Virus record (IMG/VR): IMGVR_UViG_3300031452_000163
Reading direction: 5' to 3' (one strand)
DNA: 64,000 bases
Source: a virus
In this document: positions 27,364-36,871 of the stretch, one piece after another
How the letters are laid out: the number at the start of each line of letters is the position of its first letter
Position numbering within the stretch: the stretch's first letter is position 1
Position numbers and translations under genes: made by a program
Notes under the pieces: generated by a model
Told to the model about the DNA's origin: nothing
The model's input: only the letters and a program-made list of their open reading frames with translations
Database searches by the model: none

Positions 27364-28361
27364 TTAGTTCAGAACATGAGGCCCCGGCCAGGGGTTTCGT
27401 TGGACGCCAGACGCCTCCGCCTCACGGATGAGACGGTGCGTTTCCTCGTCGTACCGTGGCTCACTGGGAGTTCCCATCGGCTCGCGCCCAGTCGGCCGGG
27501 GCAGTTCGGCCAGCTCCCGTTCACGCCGTAGCGTCAGTTGGGCTTCTGCCACAAAGGACGCGGGACGCGAGTGGTACTCAGACTCCGCCTGAAAGTAGCT
27601 ACAGTGCCAGTACTCGGCTAATTCGCGGATGACGAGTTGCTGGGGGTGTCCGTCGAGTCCGAGCCATCGGGCACGAGTGCCAGGCCCGTGCCGTTCGTCA
27701 CACCAGGGGTCGAGGCTGGCGTCGATCCGCTGCTGGAGGCGTCGTTGGTCCGCTTCCGTGCCAAAGGGTCGGCAGTCAGACTGTTAATCTCGCCCGCGAT
27801 GAACTCAATGACACTATCCGGCAGATACGACAGCGCGTCAATGCGCGCCGCATACATGGCGCGACGCGTCTTGTCGTCGGCGTTGTGCGGTGGCAGTTTG
27901 GGCAACGCATAGGCCGCACCGGTTTCGGGGTCGAGGAATGCCGAACCTTCGAAACGCACCACCATCACCGCGCAACCAATCAGAGCACCGGTGTTCCAGG
28001 CCGCTTCAATCGCCTGCACGCCTTCAGCGCCGAACTTGGGCTGGCCCTTGAGCGGCAGATTGCGCGCGTCGTTAATATCGCCGGCGCTGGGCACCGCCTT
28101 GATGTGGACCTTGCTGTCTTTTGGCCACGGCGTTCGTTCGGTTGCGCCAAAGGGAGCCAGGAGCGCACGGCGAGTGTCGTCGCGTTGGTTGCGCAGGGTC
28201 AGAGCATTGCTGCTCGGGTCGTCTCTGGCCGTTCGATAGACCGTCAGACTCTCAATGGCGCTTTGCAGCGCCTCTTCTTCTCCGACGGCTTCCTGGCCGT
28301 CATCACGAACGGGAATGGTGTCGATGGTGCTGCGGGATGGGATGAAACTGAATAATTCCAT
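27364..28361 (-). CDS. tail assembly chaperone G-T fusion via -1 frameshift
   Basis: -1 frame is open from the slippery site to TAA 27364 with no start of its own (..LVIRELAEYWHCSY..). Confidence 0.75.
27618..28361 (-). CDS. tail assembly chaperone G
   Basis: Located between the tube and TMP genes. Confidence 0.8.
   Translation of the reverse strand: MELFSFIPSRSTIDTIPVRDDGQEAVGEEEALQSAIESLTVYRTARDDPSSNALTLRNQRDDTRRALLAPFGATERTPWPKDSKVHIKAVPSAGDINDARNLPLKGQPKFGAEGVQAIEAAWNTGALIGCAVMVVRFEGSAFLDPETGAAYALPKLPPHNADDKTRRAMYAARIDALSYLPDSVIEFIAGEINSLTADPLARKRTNDASSSGSTPASTPGVTNGTGLALVPDGSDSTDTPSNSSSAN
27762..27768 (-). other. -1 ribosomal slippery heptamer C CCT TTG
   Basis: Exact X XXY YYZ in the zero frame (GAC CCT TTG); -1 frame has a TAA just upstream. 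Confidence 0.75.
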
Positions 28362-28436
28362 GGGATATCCTCCTCTAGTGGCAAAAACCGGGGACGTATT
28401 GTTAGGCCCCGCCCCCGCGATTGATGGGCCAAGTGG

Positions 28437-29717
28437 TCACCAGATATACGTTGAGGCCGCGCCGGTGATGGCGTAGATGGTAAATTCGGGCAAGCCGTTG
28501 CGTTTCATACCAGCGCCGGCGACGTGCTCTTCGAGGGTGTTGGCCGCGGGGTCGAGATCAGTGGCCACGTCGGTATTGACACTCGGCGCGTAGGCGCTGA
28601 AGCCTACCCACACGGGGGCGGTTGCGGTGCCGACATTTTCAGTGACACTCATAAAAAACGGCGTCTCTCGGTCGGTAATCAGCAGATCCTGGTAGGCGGC
28701 GGAACGGTTGGCCTGGTTAATCAGATCCCAACTCACCATGACATCGCGAGGACCAGGATAGTAGTGCGCCACATTGGTGCCGTCCATCAGTTGATCTTTT
28801 TTGATCAGGTGGTTATCGACGGTGATGTCCACGTTGGTTGCCAGAATCGTCTGGAGGGTGGAAGTTCCGGTGGCTGCGGGGTCGCTCCAGACCCTGATAT
28901 AGCCGTCGTTGTAGTTGTAGGGAGTGTGCATATCTTGGGCGAGGTTGGCGGTTGCGTTAAACGCCGTCGGTGTGGTCGCTGCGATACGCTGTGTCGAAGC
29001 GGAGACATCAACCGCCAGAGCGAAATGGTCACCTGACCCCTTGAGGTTGAGCTTGCCCACCAGGCAATTCGGATACTGCCAGGAGAACAGCCCAGCCATG
29101 TTGTCCTCGATGGACAAGGTAGGGAGCTGGTTGGCGAAGGCGCTGTTGGCGGGATTGATGGTGCTACCAGAACGCTGCGCCTGACCCACAATGGTGCAGG
29201 TGGTTGGAGCATGGACTAGACTGAGGGCCTTGACCATCATGGTTTTGGTCCCAATGACCCACGACTCGACCACTCGAATCTCCTGAGCGGCGGCGGTGTC
29301 AATCAGGACGAACTGGCCGTTCTGGTAGTTGCCGGTTCCACCGGTGAGTACCATGGTGGTCACGCCGGCGGCGGTGGCGAAACTGGTGACGGTATCGGAG
29401 GCGACGGCGGCCACGGCGGTACTCTGCCCCAGCGCCGCGGACCAAGCCTTCATGCCGGCCGTGGGAAAGAGATACTGTGTGAAGGCCCCGGCCTGGTCGC
29501 GTTTGCCAGAGCGTCTCACCTGCATGGTCGCGCGGTCTCCCTGCATGGTACTGGGCTTGGCCTTTACCACCGTGGAGGCCAGAGTTTTGCTCTCAACTGG
29601 GATGAAATCGGTGGGAGTGACAAAGAGTCCGGGGGTGCCGGTGCCGCCGGGCAGGCTCTCGGTTTCAATGCCGATGTAGCCCATGGCCCCAATAGAGATT
29701 CCTGTTGCACTAGCCAT
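28437..29717 (-). CDS. major tail tube protein with an inserted beta domain
   Basis: YIGIETES..PTDFIP..LPTLSIE..VGKLNL..ITVDN tube pattern. Confidence 0.85.
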   Translation of the reverse strand: MASATGISIGAMGYIGIETESLPGGTGTPGLFVTPTDFIPVESKTLASTVVKAKPSTMQGDRATMQVRRSGKRDQAGAFTQYLFPTAGMKAWSAALGQSTAVAAVASDTVTSFATAAGVTTMVLTGGTGNYQNGQFVLIDTAAAQEIRVVESWVIGTKTMMVKALSLVHAPTTCTIVGQAQRSGSTINPANSAFANQLPTLSIEDNMAGLFSWQYPNCLVGKLNLKGSGDHFALAVDVSASTQRIAATTPTAFNATANLAQDMHTPYNYNDGYIRVWSDPAATGTSTLQTILATNVDITVDNHLIKKDQLMDGTNVAHYYPGPRDVMVSWDLINQANRSAAYQDLLITDRETPFFMSVTENVGTATAPVWVGFSAYAPSVNTDVATDLDPAANTLEEHVAGAGMKRNGLPEFTIYAITGAASTYIW

Positions 29718-29720
29718 TGA

Positions 29721-30023
29721 TTACGCTCCTGCCGGCTGAGCCGGCGTGGGATTGGTGGAGGTGTCCTTGGCGTCCTTGGCTGCCGCTCTATCGGCGGCGG
29801 CAGCAACCCGTTTGGCGTCCTTAGCCAGGGCGAAACGGGCACGGGTGAGGTTGGCATTTTGCGTGGCGAGAAAATGATCGACAATGGCCTGGACGGATTC
29901 GTGGCCCTGCCCCGCGGCATAGTTGACATCGAAGCTACGTGTCTCGCCATCGGGCCACTCGCCAAAGGGGTCAACGTACTGTGTCTCGCCGGAAATGTTT
30001 TGAAGGTCGGTACTACTGGACAT
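29721..30023 (-). CDS. hypothetical virion-module protein
   Basis: GGAG SD; position in the operon. Confidence 0.55.
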   Translation of the reverse strand: MSSSTDLQNISGETQYVDPFGEWPDGETRSFDVNYAAGQGHESVQAIVDHFLATQNANLTRARFALAKDAKRVAAAADRAAAKDAKDTSTNPTPAQPAGA

Positions 30024-30041
30024 GGGAAACTCCTGGACGCT

Positions 30042-30746
30042 TTACGGTTGATTGGGGAGAAGGCTATCGGCGATGTAGATTTGGAGCACCCCTAGGTAGT
30101 GGGGGATAGAGTCGATCTCGACCAGATGACGGGAGGACTCGCGAATTCGCGTAATGCCCGAAATCACCGGTCCGGTATCGTCGTGTAATTTGCTGTGAGT
30201 GAGCAGGGTGGTGGAGATGGTCTCGCAGGCGGTGGCCACCTGGTGTTGACGGCTGCGACTCCACATCAATGCATCCATATGCGTGGCATCGGGGGGCTGG
30301 TCGGCGGTGAGCTGATAGGCCATGGATAGGGGGTCCGGTTTGGTCCAATAAGCCCCCATGCCCTTGGTGAAAATGTCTCGATCCCAGAGGAAAGCGGAGA
30401 TCACCGGCCAGCCCGAGAGACGCATCGCCGATGTATCCGTCGGATAAGCGTCGAGCAGATTGGTGGCAATGGTGGCCCCGGCGGCGTGTGCCACGGTGAG
30501 CGGTGTGGCCAGGTTGATGGTGTTCCCGCTCACCGAGTTCATGAACAGAAAATCTTCACCGCTGGCATCCCAAAACGAGATAATCCCGCCGTCAACGAAT
30601 CCCGTCGCGCTCCCGGTTATGGTTAGCGTGATATCGCCAACCTTGGCCGCTGCAATGGTGGTCAGGGGCACCGGGCAGGGCGAGAGATTGACGACCTGCT
30701 GGAGGGCGGCGCGTTGGAGTCGCACCACGAATGATTGAGTGGCCAT
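30042..30746 (-). CDS. tail terminator-like protein with an inserted beta domain
   Basis: Position before the tube gene; insert homologous to that in the tube protein. Confidence 0.6.
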   Translation of the reverse strand: MATQSFVVRLQRAALQQVVNLSPCPVPLTTIAAAKVGDITLTITGSATGFVDGGIISFWDASGEDFLFMNSVSGNTINLATPLTVAHAAGATIATNLLDAYPTDTSAMRLSGWPVISAFLWDRDIFTKGMGAYWTKPDPLSMAYQLTADQPPDATHMDALMWSRSRQHQVATACETISTTLLTHSKLHDDTGPVISGITRIRESSRHLVEIDSIPHYLGVLQIYIADSLLPNQP

Positions 30747-30776
30747 AAAGCCTCCTCAGAGAGGCGGTGAGCGCGG

Positions 30777-31232
30777 CTAGGACGCGGTGAGCAGAGCGCG
30801 GATGACACCGCCGGTCTGTTCGTTCAGCAGCGCGTCAATCGGCGTCCGCATGTTGTCCGCCGCTGTTTGGGCGAACGGGTTAGGCACCAGGAGCGCCTGC
30901 TGCCAGCCTTCGAGGAAGGGCTTGACATACTGGTAGCCGCCGCCGCTGCCTTTTTTGCTGGGGGCGCTCTCGGCGGGCTCACGGAATTCAATCGCTAGAC
31001 CGTCGCCGTCGGGGAGAATGGCAGACTCGACTGAATCGCGCAGTGTGCCCCGGTGTGGGTCGCCCAGCGGGGCAATCGGTGTCGCCTCAACCAGGATTGG
31101 CTGGGCGATGTCGCGTATCTCTGGCGCGAACTGTCCCAGCAGTGCGCGCAACAGTGCCGGGGCGGAACCGGCCAGACGGTCCACCTGCGCGGTGGCGGCG
31201 TCCAGGCCAGCGGTATCGATGGACATGGGCAT
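30777..31232 (-). CDS. HK97 gp10-like neck protein
   Basis: EATPI..GTLRDSV..YQYVKPF..PNPFAQTA pattern. Confidence 0.65.
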   Translation of the reverse strand: MPMSIDTAGLDAATAQVDRLAGSAPALLRALLGQFAPEIRDIAQPILVEATPIAPLGDPHRGTLRDSVESAILPDGDGLAIEFREPAESAPSKKGSGGGYQYVKPFLEGWQQALLVPNPFAQTAADNMRTPIDALLNEQTGGVIRALLTAS

Positions 31233-31272
31233 AGGCAGCCTCCCGAAGCGAGGAATAGGGCGGTGGAGGACT

Positions 31273-34263
31273 CTACGCTGCTGAAACGGTCTTGAAGGTC
31301 GCGGCTGTGCCAGTCCCGGCGACGGTGCAGATATACAGCGTGCCCGCGCTGTCTACGTAGAGTTGCCCTACCTGGTAGGTCCCCGTGGTAGGCTTCCCTA
31401 CGGCTGCTGCAGGGGCAACGATGATACCATTATCGCCTTGGAGCGGGGAGCCGCCGGCAAGGTGGGTCACGTTACCGTCATAGAAGAGTCCGGTACCCTG
31501 TTGCCCTAACCAGACTGCCCCCCCTACCCCCGAGACGCGCGCGGTGGTTACGTCCCCAAACTGCTGCTGGGGGCTGATCCCCGCCCCCACCACGAGAGAC
31601 GACACGATAAACTGCACTCCGCCATAGACCTGGAGCGTCGCGCCGTCTAGCTGGAGACCCACCCCCCGGGTACCAAGCCATACGGCTCCCTGCGTTGGGC
31701 TGCGTGCTACCGTTATGTCGCCCGGCCCTTGGCTGCTACTGGGTCCGAGCGTTCCCGCCGCAAGCGCGTTCGCGGTCAGGTTGCCAAACTCGTCTATCCC
31801 ACCCAACACTGAGCCGTCCACCGGGCTGACCACCTGCACCCCAGTTTTGACCCGGTTGCTTGCCGTGCCGAGCGACAGGCCCAGTGTTCCGTTCAGCCCA
31901 TAGATTCGGTTGCTGGGCGAGTAGGTGACGGTGGACAGGCTAGCCGAGGCGCTGTAGACGCTGACGGCATTGCATACTCGTGTCGCTACCGGCCAGGTGT
32001 CGGTGACCATGTTCCCGTCGAGGGCCACATCAACGAATCCGGCGCTGTCCGTGGCTAAGAGCGAGATGCCCTGCCGGTTCGCCAGCGGTAGAGCGAGGTT
32101 GCTGCCTGCGTTGGTGATGAGGTTGCCGGTGATGAGACTCCGGGCGACGATGTTCGACGCCGCGCCCTGGATGCCCAGGAAAATCCCCTTGAGCGGCGCT
32201 TTGTCAACCAGGTTATTGGTAACGACCAGGCCATCAACCGGTGCGCCGACAGCATTGATGTAGATACCCGCGCCGCCGTAGATAGGATCAATGGCGACAC
32301 TGGTTGGCAGTGCGCTGACGTTTTGGGCATACCCGTTGGCGCGGCCCAGCCCCTCGTCCTGCATCTGCACGATGTTGCCGTCAATCGTGACGTTTTTGAG
32401 CGGCAGTGCATGGTTGTAGCCGATGCCGAAGGCTAGGTTGTAGTTCCAGTCGGCGTTGCTCACGCCAACCACATTGTCGGTAATGACCAGATTGGTGGTG
32501 GGTCGTGCCGTTACCGTGATTCGAATACCTTCGTTGCACGCAGTGAGCACGTTACCGGTGCATACCGCCTCACCGTTGCCGATAAACGAGTCGTACTGCT
32601 GCGGTGGGATGGAGGTCGTGAGCACCGTTGCATGTGAACTGTTATCGGTAAACGCCGTGCCGGTGTTGTTCTGGAGCGTCCCAACTAAGAAGAAAGTCGC
32701 GCCTCCATCGTCGGACCGGTAGACCCGACGCGCGGTGCAAATCGCCCCGCCGAAACTCGGCCCGGTGGGTATGGTCATGGATACCGAGGCGGCGCTGCCG
32801 GATATGACGTGGGACAGGACCGGACTCAGCAGCGACTCGCCGTAGTTGGACACGTAGCTGTAGGCCCACTGATGGGCGGTAGTACTGATATCGACGTTGC
32901 CGGCGGTAATCGCACCCTGCGTGGGAGCAGCCGTCGGAGTGGATACGCTCAGCACCAGGTCGCTGGACATGAGGATGATCGGGCAGAAATAGCCGTTAGC
33001 CCGGTTACCACGTACAACGTAGTTAGCGGCGTGGACCTCAACCCCCGTCTGAGCCGGACGCTGCTGATTGATGCCGCCAACCGAGATGAAATCGTTCTCG
33101 ATAATACTGGTTCGATCCGCTGAAACATAGATGGCGCTATTGTCATAAGGAACGGTGTTTCGGGCGTTTTGGGCGAAGCTAAAGATACTGCTGCCGATCC
33201 ACACGTCGGTCATGTGTGGGCCACCAGCATCAACGATATTCACACCCTGCGCATTGAGGAACTGGCACTCATCAACAATCAGGCCATGGCCATCGGTGTT
33301 GCACTGAATGCCGTACTGGTAGTGGCCATTTGTCTGTCCGACGCTGGTACTGGTGTTGTTCTGGCCGTTCTGATCCAGAATCAACCCCAGAAAGGCCACA
33401 TTGCTGATGACGCCACCAGCGGTATGGAACACGGCCTGATAGTCAACCACGGACGGGTTGACACGAAAGGTGACGCCGCGTAAATCCCAGACAATGTTTG
33501 AGGCTAGTTCAATGGCGACGCCGAGGGAAGTCGGGGTGATGATATAGACACCGGGAGAGGCGATGATGCGTCCTCCACCAGCAGCATTGGCCGCGGCTTG
33601 GGCGGCGATAATGGCGGCGGTGGCGTCGGTTGCGCCGTCCGGGATGGCACCCCGTGTTGAGCCGTATTGGGCGTTGATGGAGAAGGTCGCGCCGCCTCGG
33701 TCGAAAAGTTTGGAGTCACGAGTCCAGGCAATGGGGTGTGCGCCACTAGGAGCGGTATCGACCAACACTGAACCGGTAGCGGTGATGGTGGCATCGGGGG
33801 CACCTGCGCCCGGAGCTCCCTGCTGGCCGGGCGCTCCCGGCGTTCCATCCTTGCCTGCCATACCCTGGACTACTGGTAAGGTTTGCGGGGTTTGCGCCCG
33901 TGTCCAGCCATAGTAGGTCATCAGGTCGTAGATGCCGACGTTGCCAGGGACACCCTCTGGTACCAAGCCCGCATAGGCGGTGCCGTCTGGCAAGAAAATA
34001 GTCCAGGTCACCGTTAAACCAGGAGTGAGTTCCGACGGCCAGGGAAGGTAGAGTCTCCACACGCCACCGCTAATCGGGTCACTCTGCGGGTAGGGGCCGC
34101 TGACCACGATGGGGTTGAGGTAGGGACTGCCCGCGAGATCCTTTTCAAACAGCGCCGCGGACGGGGCTGTGGTAACGAGCACGCCCTCATAGGGAGAATT
34201 TCCATAGGCGTCCAGCAGAGAGGACGAGATCATGATTGTTTTCGCGGGCTGCGTTTGTGGCAT
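31273..34263 (-). CDS. fibre/spike with collagen-like linker and pectate-lyase-like beta-helix
   Basis: GxxGxxG run; GAIPDGATDATAAI..A..AGGGRI..PGVYII Pectate_lyase_3 start; many GN/DN beta-helix turns. Confidence 0.85.
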   Translation of the reverse strand: MPQTQPAKTIMISSSLLDAYGNSPYEGVLVTTAPSAALFEKDLAGSPYLNPIVVSGPYPQSDPISGGVWRLYLPWPSELTPGLTVTWTIFLPDGTAYAGLVPEGVPGNVGIYDLMTYYGWTRAQTPQTLPVVQGMAGKDGTPGAPGQQGAPGAGAPDATITATGSVLVDTAPSGAHPIAWTRDSKLFDRGGATFSINAQYGSTRGAIPDGATDATAAIIAAQAAANAAGGGRIIASPGVYIITPTSLGVAIELASNIVWDLRGVTFRVNPSVVDYQAVFHTAGGVISNVAFLGLILDQNGQNNTSTSVGQTNGHYQYGIQCNTDGHGLIVDECQFLNAQGVNIVDAGGPHMTDVWIGSSIFSFAQNARNTVPYDNSAIYVSADRTSIIENDFISVGGINQQRPAQTGVEVHAANYVVRGNRANGYFCPIILMSSDLVLSVSTPTAAPTQGAITAGNVDISTTAHQWAYSYVSNYGESLLSPVLSHVISGSAASVSMTIPTGPSFGGAICTARRVYRSDDGGATFFLVGTLQNNTGTAFTDNSSHATVLTTSIPPQQYDSFIGNGEAVCTGNVLTACNEGIRITVTARPTTNLVITDNVVGVSNADWNYNLAFGIGYNHALPLKNVTIDGNIVQMQDEGLGRANGYAQNVSALPTSVAIDPIYGGAGIYINAVGAPVDGLVVTNNLVDKAPLKGIFLGIQGAASNIVARSLITGNLITNAGSNLALPLANRQGISLLATDSAGFVDVALDGNMVTDTWPVATRVCNAVSVYSASASLSTVTYSPSNRIYGLNGTLGLSLGTASNRVKTGVQVVSPVDGSVLGGIDEFGNLTANALAAGTLGPSSSQGPGDITVARSPTQGAVWLGTRGVGLQLDGATLQVYGGVQFIVSSLVVGAGISPQQQFGDVTTARVSGVGGAVWLGQQGTGLFYDGNVTHLAGGSPLQGDNGIIVAPAAAVGKPTTGTYQVGQLYVDSAGTLYICTVAGTGTAATFKTVSAA

Positions 34264-34357
34264 AAATCTAGCCTCGTGCGCGTGGCAATTCGAATAGGAG
34301 GACGGCCCGGCGGGGGAGGAGGTGAAACCCACCGGGCCGAACGAGTTATCAAGCGAA

Positions 34358-34831
34358 TTAGTAACCGGTGAGAATAGCTACCCGGTCGAATCCCTCATCG
34401 AGGAGTCGGCTGCGTGTTTCGGTGACTTTCTCATGGCACCGTCGCAACACCGCCGGTAGAAAGGGCGTCTCGCGCATCGAATCGCGATACACGGCAACGC
34501 TGTAGGGCGTATCGAGCAGCACGGCGTGGACAGTGTAGCCGTGCTGATGGCCACGATAGAGCAGGCGAGCACGGGTAGCAGGGTCGAGCGAGGTCCGGTC
34601 GGTGACGATATCGGTGTTCCGGCTCAACTGTGTTTCCAGCAGCATCCAGAACAGATGTTCACCGTCGGTACTGGTATATGTTCGTTCCCAGCAGGCGTCA
34701 ATCGAGATGATGGCCGATGCCGGGAAGTGTGCGGTGGCATAGGTGGTTTTGCCGCTGCCGGGCATGCCGATTAGGACGGTGAGAATAGGCGATTCGAGCG
34801 GTAATTGTGCCAAGCGTTTCCGCCGGGTCAC
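34358..34831 (-). CDS. AAA_33 / polynucleotide-kinase-like P-loop kinase
   Basis: LIGMPGSGKTT Walker A; ISID, VTDRTSL, LDTP..RDSMR Pnk-like motifs. Confidence 0.8.
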   Translation of the reverse strand: MTRRKRLAQLPLESPILTVLIGMPGSGKTTYATAHFPASAIISIDACWERTYTSTDGEHLFWMLLETQLSRNTDIVTDRTSLDPATRARLLYRGHQHGYTVHAVLLDTPYSVAVYRDSMRETPFLPAVLRRCHEKVTETRSRLLDEGFDRVAILTGY

Positions 34832-35451
34832 GACAGTGATTCGCTAAACAGCGAGACCGCAAAGTTGACAGGGCCGACATAGACGGCGGGCCGGTTGAGG
34901 ATGGCGCGGCCTGATTTGAGACCACTCCAAACGATGAGGTCCTCCGCCGCGATTGGGACGCCGCTGATGGCGGTATCGCTGGGGAAATACACGCGCCAGG
35001 AGAAGTTCACCAAATTGAGCACTAGCCGCTCCTCGTCACGGAGTGGCTGAATATAGACCGGTGTCGCCGCGCTCGAGGTCACGACTCCGGCAATGCGCCG
35101 GCTAAACGTGACGGTGGCGTTGGCCACAATGGCATTGGTATTGAGTTTGACGGTATAGGCCACGGTTTGGACTACGTTACTGTCAGAAGCGTCTAACTGG
35201 AGCACCTCGAACACGCCACCGCCGCCACGGTCGAGTTGGTCTCCTACTCGCACATCCGCGGTGTACGGCATGGTAAAGTCCCAGCGGGTTGGGGCCATGA
35301 AAAACGGCAATCCAGGGACTCGCACGGTTTTCGTCTGGATATCGACCAAGCAGTGAATCGTGAGGCCGGTGCGACTATTGACGCAGGTTTCGGGCAGTAG
35401 GGCATCGACTGAGGTGCGAATACCGGCCAGATCAGAGGCGGAAATAACCAC
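34828..35451 (-). CDS. head closure / stopper-like protein (apparently two tandem domains)
   Basis: LPETC..DVRVGDQL..FEVL, then a second TVTFSR..IAAEDLIV unit. Confidence 0.6.
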   Translation of the reverse strand: MVISASDLAGIRTSVDALLPETCVNSRTGLTIHCLVDIQTKTVRVPGLPFFMAPTRWDFTMPYTADVRVGDQLDRGGGGVFEVLQLDASDSNVVQTVAYTVKLNTNAIVANATVTFSRRIAGVVTSSAATPVYIQPLRDEERLVLNLVNFSWRVYFPSDTAISGVPIAAEDLIVWSGLKSGRAILNRPAVYVGPVNFAVSLFSESLS

Positions 35452-36053
35452 TAGGAGCCACCCACCTGACCACTGGCCATATTCGGGAACAGGATATCGG
35501 TTGCATCCAATCCACCGGCATAGTCGTCGTTCATGATGGATACCTGGGACATGGCTTGCGCACGGTATTTTTTGGCCAGCTCAACAATCATGGTGAACTT
35601 CTGCTGTCGTTGATAGGCGCTGGTTCCGGTGGTTACCGAGAAATCGAGCTTGACCTGTGCCGCCCAGGATTCCAGTAGATCGGCGGCGGCGGCGTAGATG
35701 TCATAGGTTTTGCCGGTGGCACGCACCGCCAGTGCGCCGGGCTGAGTGGCAAAGGCCCAGTGGCCCACAATGTTTTCGGAGAGTGTCGGCGTCAGGACGG
35801 TATAGCTCACGTCCTGCAACTGGATATCGTCCTCCCAGTTCTGGATATTCGAGTAGTAATCCAGAAAGAAGATTGTGCCGCCGCCCGAAAACGTCGGCTG
35901 TGCTCGTAGCGGAATATATCGTTGATCGGTGCGATGTATATCAAGTGCGTCTTGGCACTGAAGTGGCGTGAAGGCCGTGGCCGTGGGGTCGGCTATGAGG
36001 GTCTGTACCCGAGCAATCAGGCTAGACATAGAAGAACGTAGCGCCATGGGCAA
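35451..36053 (-). CDS. head-tail adaptor-like protein
   Basis: VQTLIAD..FT..DIYAAAADLLESWA..Y.RQQ adaptor pattern. Confidence 0.7.
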   Translation of the reverse strand: MPMALRSSMSSLIARVQTLIADPTATAFTPLQCQDALDIHRTDQRYIPLRAQPTFSGGGTIFFLDYYSNIQNWEDDIQLQDVSYTVLTPTLSENIVGHWAFATQPGALAVRATGKTYDIYAAAADLLESWAAQVKLDFSVTTGTSAYQRQQKFTMIVELAKKYRAQAMSQVSIMNDDYAGGLDATDILFPNMASGQVGGS

Positions 36054-36112
36054 ACCTCACGCGGGATAGAAACGACGCCGGCGTGGAATGTTGACCACGC
36101 CGGCGTCTCCTG

Positions 36113-36331
36113 TCACGCCGGTTGATCCGCCTGGAGTGGCGGCGGCGCAATGGTTGGGGTGTCGAGTGGGGGTGCCTGGGGATAGCCCTGCGAACCGCCG
36201 TAGGGGTCGGCTGCATTCCAGGCCGTAATCTGAGCGGCAGTCGCTTGCACCCAACCAGCGGCCAGGTAGTCAGACAGCGCACTATCCGGCACGAATACCA
36301 GATTGGTGGACGGCTGCACAATCACCGCCAT
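36113..36331 (-). CDS. small capsid-associated protein, paralogue 2
   Basis: Similar to the N-terminus of the 36334-36783 protein. Confidence 0.6.
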   Translation of the reverse strand: MAVIVQPSTNLVFVPDSALSDYLAAGWVQATAAQITAWNAADPYGGSQGYPQAPPLDTPTIAPPPLQADQPA

Positions 36332-36333
36332 GA

Positions 36334-36783
36334 CTAGCGGCTCTTGTGGTCAGTCTGATGGGGGTTCGTCTGACGCGCTTCTTCAATCCGGTGTTCGGAC
36401 TGCTTCACCGCGGCCTTGTCAGACTTCTCCTCAGCCTTGTGCTGGGCGGGAGTTTCCTTCTTGGCTTCAGGCGGTCGCACCCGGTTGGCCTCGGCGGTGG
36501 ATCGAGCCTCATGCGGTAGCGTATCGGTTCGTTCCGACTCACCCTCGAAAATCGGGATGCTGGTCGGTCCAACCTTGGTTTCCTGAGTGACGCGGGTCTG
36601 CGCGCGATGGTGCTCCAGATCAGGAATCACCGGCGCACTCTGCTCACCGTGATAGACGTCAGTGGCTTTCCACTGCTCAATCTCGGACGGCGTGGCAATC
36701 TTCCAGCCGGCGGAAACCACCGACTCCGCGACTTCGTCCGGTGCGTAGTGCATCCCGGAGCCGATTTTGTGTACGAAGGGCAT
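36334..36783 (-). CDS. capsid-associated protein, paralogue 1, with charged tail
   Basis: AAGGTG SD, ATG 36783. Confidence 0.6.
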   Translation of the reverse strand: MPFVHKIGSGMHYAPDEVAESVVSAGWKIATPSEIEQWKATDVYHGEQSAPVIPDLEHHRAQTRVTQETKVGPTSIPIFEGESERTDTLPHEARSTAEANRVRPPEAKKETPAQHKAEEKSDKAAVKQSEHRIEEARQTNPHQTDHKSR

Positions 36784-36806
36784 GTTTATCACCTTGCGGG
36801 GAATGA

Positions 36807-36840
36807 GCACGCCGCCTACCGTATGTGGTAGACGGCGTGC
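36807..36840 (-). terminator. 14-bp hairpin downstream of the capsid gene
   Basis: GCACGCCGTCTACC / GGTAGGCGGCGTGC (one G-U), weak U tract. Confidence 0.45.
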
Positions 36841-36871
36841 AAGGACTGTTGGTTGAACGGCCGTACAGGTA

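Noticed and set aside
25990-27531. 513-aa plus-strand ORF
   Set aside because: Antisense shadow of the Ala/Ser/Gly-rich TMP repeats; no SD or recognisable domain
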